64,000 nt of DNA from an uncultured Thermus sp. (GTDB lineage: Bacteria > Deinococcota > Deinococci > Deinococcales > Thermaceae): the NCBI GenBank assembly GCA_947085095.1, contig CAMTVD010000002.1, positions 1-64,000 on the forward strand, written 5' to 3'. The number at the start of each line of letters is the position of its first letter. Positions within the stretch are counted from its first letter, which is position 1. The position numbers and the translations under genes were made by a program. Under the pieces are notes generated by a model. The model made no database searches, was not told the origin of the DNA, and was given only the letters and a program-made list of their open reading frames with translations. This document shows, one piece after another, positions 58,187-64,000 of this stretch.

Positions 58187-59226
58187 TCAGCCTCCCAGAA
58201 GCCGCCTCAGGGCCAGGGGCAGGTCCTCCCGGCCCCGCACCTCCACCGCCCTAAGCTCCTCCCGCTCCCCCAGGGCTTCCTCCAGCTCGCCCAAAAAGCG
58301 CCCCTGGCCGTAGGGCCCCTGGACCTGGGCGTAGCCGTAAAGGGCCAGGCCCGGGAGGAGGCGGCCCAGGGCCTCGAGGGCCAAGGGAGTGTCCCCCTGC
58401 CAGTTCTCCCCGTCGGAGAAGTGGTAGAGGTAGCGGTTGTAGAAGGCCTCGGGGTAGGCCTTGAGGACCTCCTCCGCCAGGAGGAGGGCGCTGGAGAGCC
58501 GGGTGCCCCCGCCCTCCCGGGCGCGGAAGAACTCCTCCTCGGAGACTTCCCAGGCCTCGGCATCGTGGAGGAGGTAGCGCCTCTCCAGCCGGGGAAAGTG
58601 GCGGCGGATCCAGAGGGTGATCCAGAAGGAAAGGGTCTTGACGAGCCTTAGCTCCTCCTCCCGCATGCTCCCCGAGACATCCAGGGCAAAGACGACCACC
58701 GCCTGGGCGTGGGGCTTGGGCCTGGCCTTCGGGGCCTTGTAGCGGAGGTCCTCCCGCTCAGGGACGAGCCTCGGGTCCTCCGCCCGGTACTCCCCGGAGA
58801 GGAGGCTTCGCTTGAGGCTTTCCTTGAGGGTGCGGCGCACGTGGCGGAGGCCTCTTGGGCCCTTGCGGGCGATGGTGGTGTGGCGGAAGGCCTCCTCCGT
58901 CACCTCCCCTTCCCCCTTGGGCCTGAGGCGGGGAAGCTTTAGGGCCTCGCCCACGAGGTCCAAAAACTCCTCCAGCTCCAGCTCGGCCACCGGGATGTGG
59001 CCTCCCGGGCCCAGGCCCTCCGTCCCCGGCCCCATGCCCAGAAGGCCCTGGCCCGAAGGCTCCCCGTGGACGATCTTGGGCACCTCCAGCTGGGGGAGGG
59101 GGATGGAGACCACCCCCCCTTCCACCTGGCCGAAGAGCTCCTCCCGGGTCAGGAACTCCCGGGCCTTTTTCTTCACCTCCCCCCGGACGATCTCCTTGAA
59201 GCGCAGGAGGTCCCGCTCAATGGGCC

Positions 59227-59230
<4 letters not shown>
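58187..59230 (-). CDS. yeaH: DUF444/YeaH-YhbH vWA-domain protein
   Basis: EDLRY, DVSGSM MIDAS motif, GGTRLSSA and HFSDGEN. Confidence 0.9.
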
Positions 59231-62421
<3,191 letters not shown>

Positions 62422-62506
62422 GGGCACCCCCTTCATAGGTTTTGCTGGGATAGGTCTCTGGGTGCATTTTACCACGGACTCGGGGGAGAATGTGGCCCGG
62501 GTTTCC

Positions 62507-63070
62507 CTATCCGCCCCTCTTTGGGCCGTGCCAGGCCTCGTAAAAGCCCCGGGCGTTGTGGAGGACGTGGGCCAGGACTCCCGGGATGAGGCTTCCCGAG
62601 AGGAGGTAGGCGAGGCCCAGGAGGAGGCCCGCCGCTCCCGTGTACAGGGTGTAGGCGAAGGCCTTCTTGGGGGCGGGGTGGAGGAGGGCGAAGAGGAGGG
62701 CCTGGAGGGGTAGGGCCCAGGCCCCAAACTTCAGGAAAAAGAGGCTTTGCAAGAAGCCCCGGAAGAAGACCTCCTCCGCCACCCCGGAAAGGAGGGCCAA
62801 CAGGAGGAGGGCCGGTGGTCCGAGCCCCGAGGCCTTAAGGGCCCTTCCCAGCTCCCAGTGGAGCCTCTCCGCTTCTTGGAAGGAGGCGGGGAAGAGGCGG
62901 CGGAAGAGGGCCTCGAGGCCCCCGAGGAAAAGGAGGAGGACCATACCCCCCAGGGTTTCCGCCAAGGGGTGCCTTCCCTGGAAGGGAAAGCCCAGGAGGA
63001 GCATCCCCGAAGCCCCCAGGAGGAGGAGGCCCCCCTGGAGCAGGAGAAGAAAGCGCCAAGGGCTGAGCAC
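62507..63070 (-). CDS. CPBP/Abi-family intramembrane glutamic endopeptidase
   Basis: EEVFFRG, FALLH and HVLHN. Confidence 0.9.
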   Translation of the reverse strand: MLSPWRFLLLLQGGLLLLGASGMLLLGFPFQGRHPLAETLGGMVLLLFLGGLEALFRRLFPASFQEAERLHWELGRALKASGLGPPALLLLALLSGVAEEVFFRGFLQSLFFLKFGAWALPLQALLFALLHPAPKKAFAYTLYTGAAGLLLGLAYLLSGSLIPGVLAHVLHNARGFYEAWHGPKRGG

Positions 63071-63150
63071 CGCTCAAAAACCCCGGGAGGGGCCTCGCTC
63101 TTTGAGGATCAGGCGGGTTTTGGCCCGGGCGCCGAGGGGCAAGCGGGGGG

Positions 63151-63903
63151 TCATGGCTCCATCATAAGGGCCCTCACCAGGGCCAGGCGGCTCATCTCCC
63201 CCCCGGAGAGGTAGGCCAGGAGGCTCTCCCTGCCGAAAAGGTGGCGCACCGCCTCCTCAGGCTTCAGGCCCCTGGCCTTCAGGCGGAGGGCTTCCTCCCG
63301 CTTTCTCTCCAGAAAGTCCAGCTTGGCCCGGAGGGCCTGAAGGGGAGCCTCCACGGGCCCCGCATGGGCGCAGTAAAAGGCCTGGGGCTTCAGGGCCAGC
63401 ACCGCCCTTAGGCTTTCCAGGAGGGCCTTGAGGTCAAAGCCCGGAGGGGCCAGGCTGGCCTTCACCCCCAGGAAGAGGTCCCCGCCGAAGAGGAGGCCCC
63501 TTTCGGGGTCGTAGAGGGCCACGTGGTCCGGGGCGTGGCCCGGGGTGGGCAGGAGGTGGAGGGGGCCCACCCGCTCCACCACCGCCACCCGCAGGGGGGC
63601 GGGGTTGCCCCAGACCAGGCGGCGGTAGAGGCGCAAGGGGCTTTGGGCGGTGAGAAGCCGAGCGGTGGCCGCGCTTCCGTAAACGGGGAGCCCAAGCCGC
63701 CCCGCCCCGCCCGCGTGGTCCTCGTGGGCGTGGGTGAGGAGGGCGGCCTCGGCCCCAGGAGAAAAGGGCCTCGCCTTGGGAGGGCCCGTGTCCACCAGGA
63801 GGCCCCGGTACCGGTACACGTAGACCCCGTACCCCACCCACCGCCCGAGGGGTGTGGTCAGGTACAGGGCTTCCACCCCATGTCCCACGGGCTTCCAAAC
63901 CAT
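63151..63903 (-). CDS. MBL-fold metallo-hydrolase
   Basis: LVDTG, THAHEDH, TPGH and GGDLF. Confidence 0.88.
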   Translation of the reverse strand: MVWKPVGHGVEALYLTTPLGRWVGYGVYVYRYRGLLVDTGPPKARPFSPGAEAALLTHAHEDHAGGAGRLGLPVYGSAATARLLTAQSPLRLYRRLVWGNPAPLRVAVVERVGPLHLLPTPGHAPDHVALYDPERGLLFGGDLFLGVKASLAPPGFDLKALLESLRAVLALKPQAFYCAHAGPVEAPLQALRAKLDFLERKREEALRLKARGLKPEEAVRHLFGRESLLAYLSGGEMSRLALVRALMMEP

Positions 63904-63918
63904 GTACCAAGTATAACC

Positions 63919-64000
63919 CTAGTCCTCCTCCAGGATCATCTTGGGCCGGAAACCCAGGGCGTCGGCGGCCACCAGGTGGAGGGGGATCCCCCGGAAGGCC
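63919..64000 (-). CDS. C-terminal end of an unidentified gene (partial)
   Basis: Frame AFRGIPLHLVAADALGFRPKMILEED* with typical GC3-rich codons. Confidence 0.55.
   Translation of the reverse strand, partial: AFRGIPLHLVAADALGFRPKMILEED

Noticed and set aside
62422..62727. N-terminal extension of PrkA in the ORF track
   Set aside because: Overlaps the CPBP gene and is low-complexity; the PrkA-like sequence begins near 62421-62436.

Overview
Very GC-rich chromosomal window that looks like a Thermus species (Deinococcus-Thermus), judged from protein sequences, codon style and TANNNT -10 boxes directly ahead of start codons. Most of it is housekeeping: speE/speD-like, ftsK, skp, pheA, FemAB, an Lpt-like trio, a nucleoside ABC pair, ligA, thyX, trpBA, mqnC, rpiA, metG, ctpA, ftsE/hpf, ftsX/envC-like, hemEHY. 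The notable parts are: (1) an IS630-like element interrupting a Kef-type antiporter at the left edge, plus a possible 88-bp MITE with similar ends between trpA and mqnC; (2) a lower-GC nrfHA cassette whose NrfA has CXXCH rather than CXXCK at heme 1; (3) a c-di-GMP cluster (GGDEF, GGDEF-EAL, HD-GYP) with two tandem c-di-GMP-II-like riboswitch aptamers, each with its own apparent expression platform, upstream of a small unknown secreted protein; (4) a divergent persulfide/redox cluster with two CsoR/CstR-type operators; (5) a prkA-yeaH-spoVR operon whose PrkA carries a 394-aa Ser1 LAGLIDADG intein; (6) a Met-codon leader/attenuator ahead of metG and a candidate leader peptide ahead of trpB; (7) a response regulator fused to an EcoEI-R C-terminal-like domain. 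No tRNA, rRNA or CRISPR array was recognised. All calls come from reading the sequence; no searches were run.
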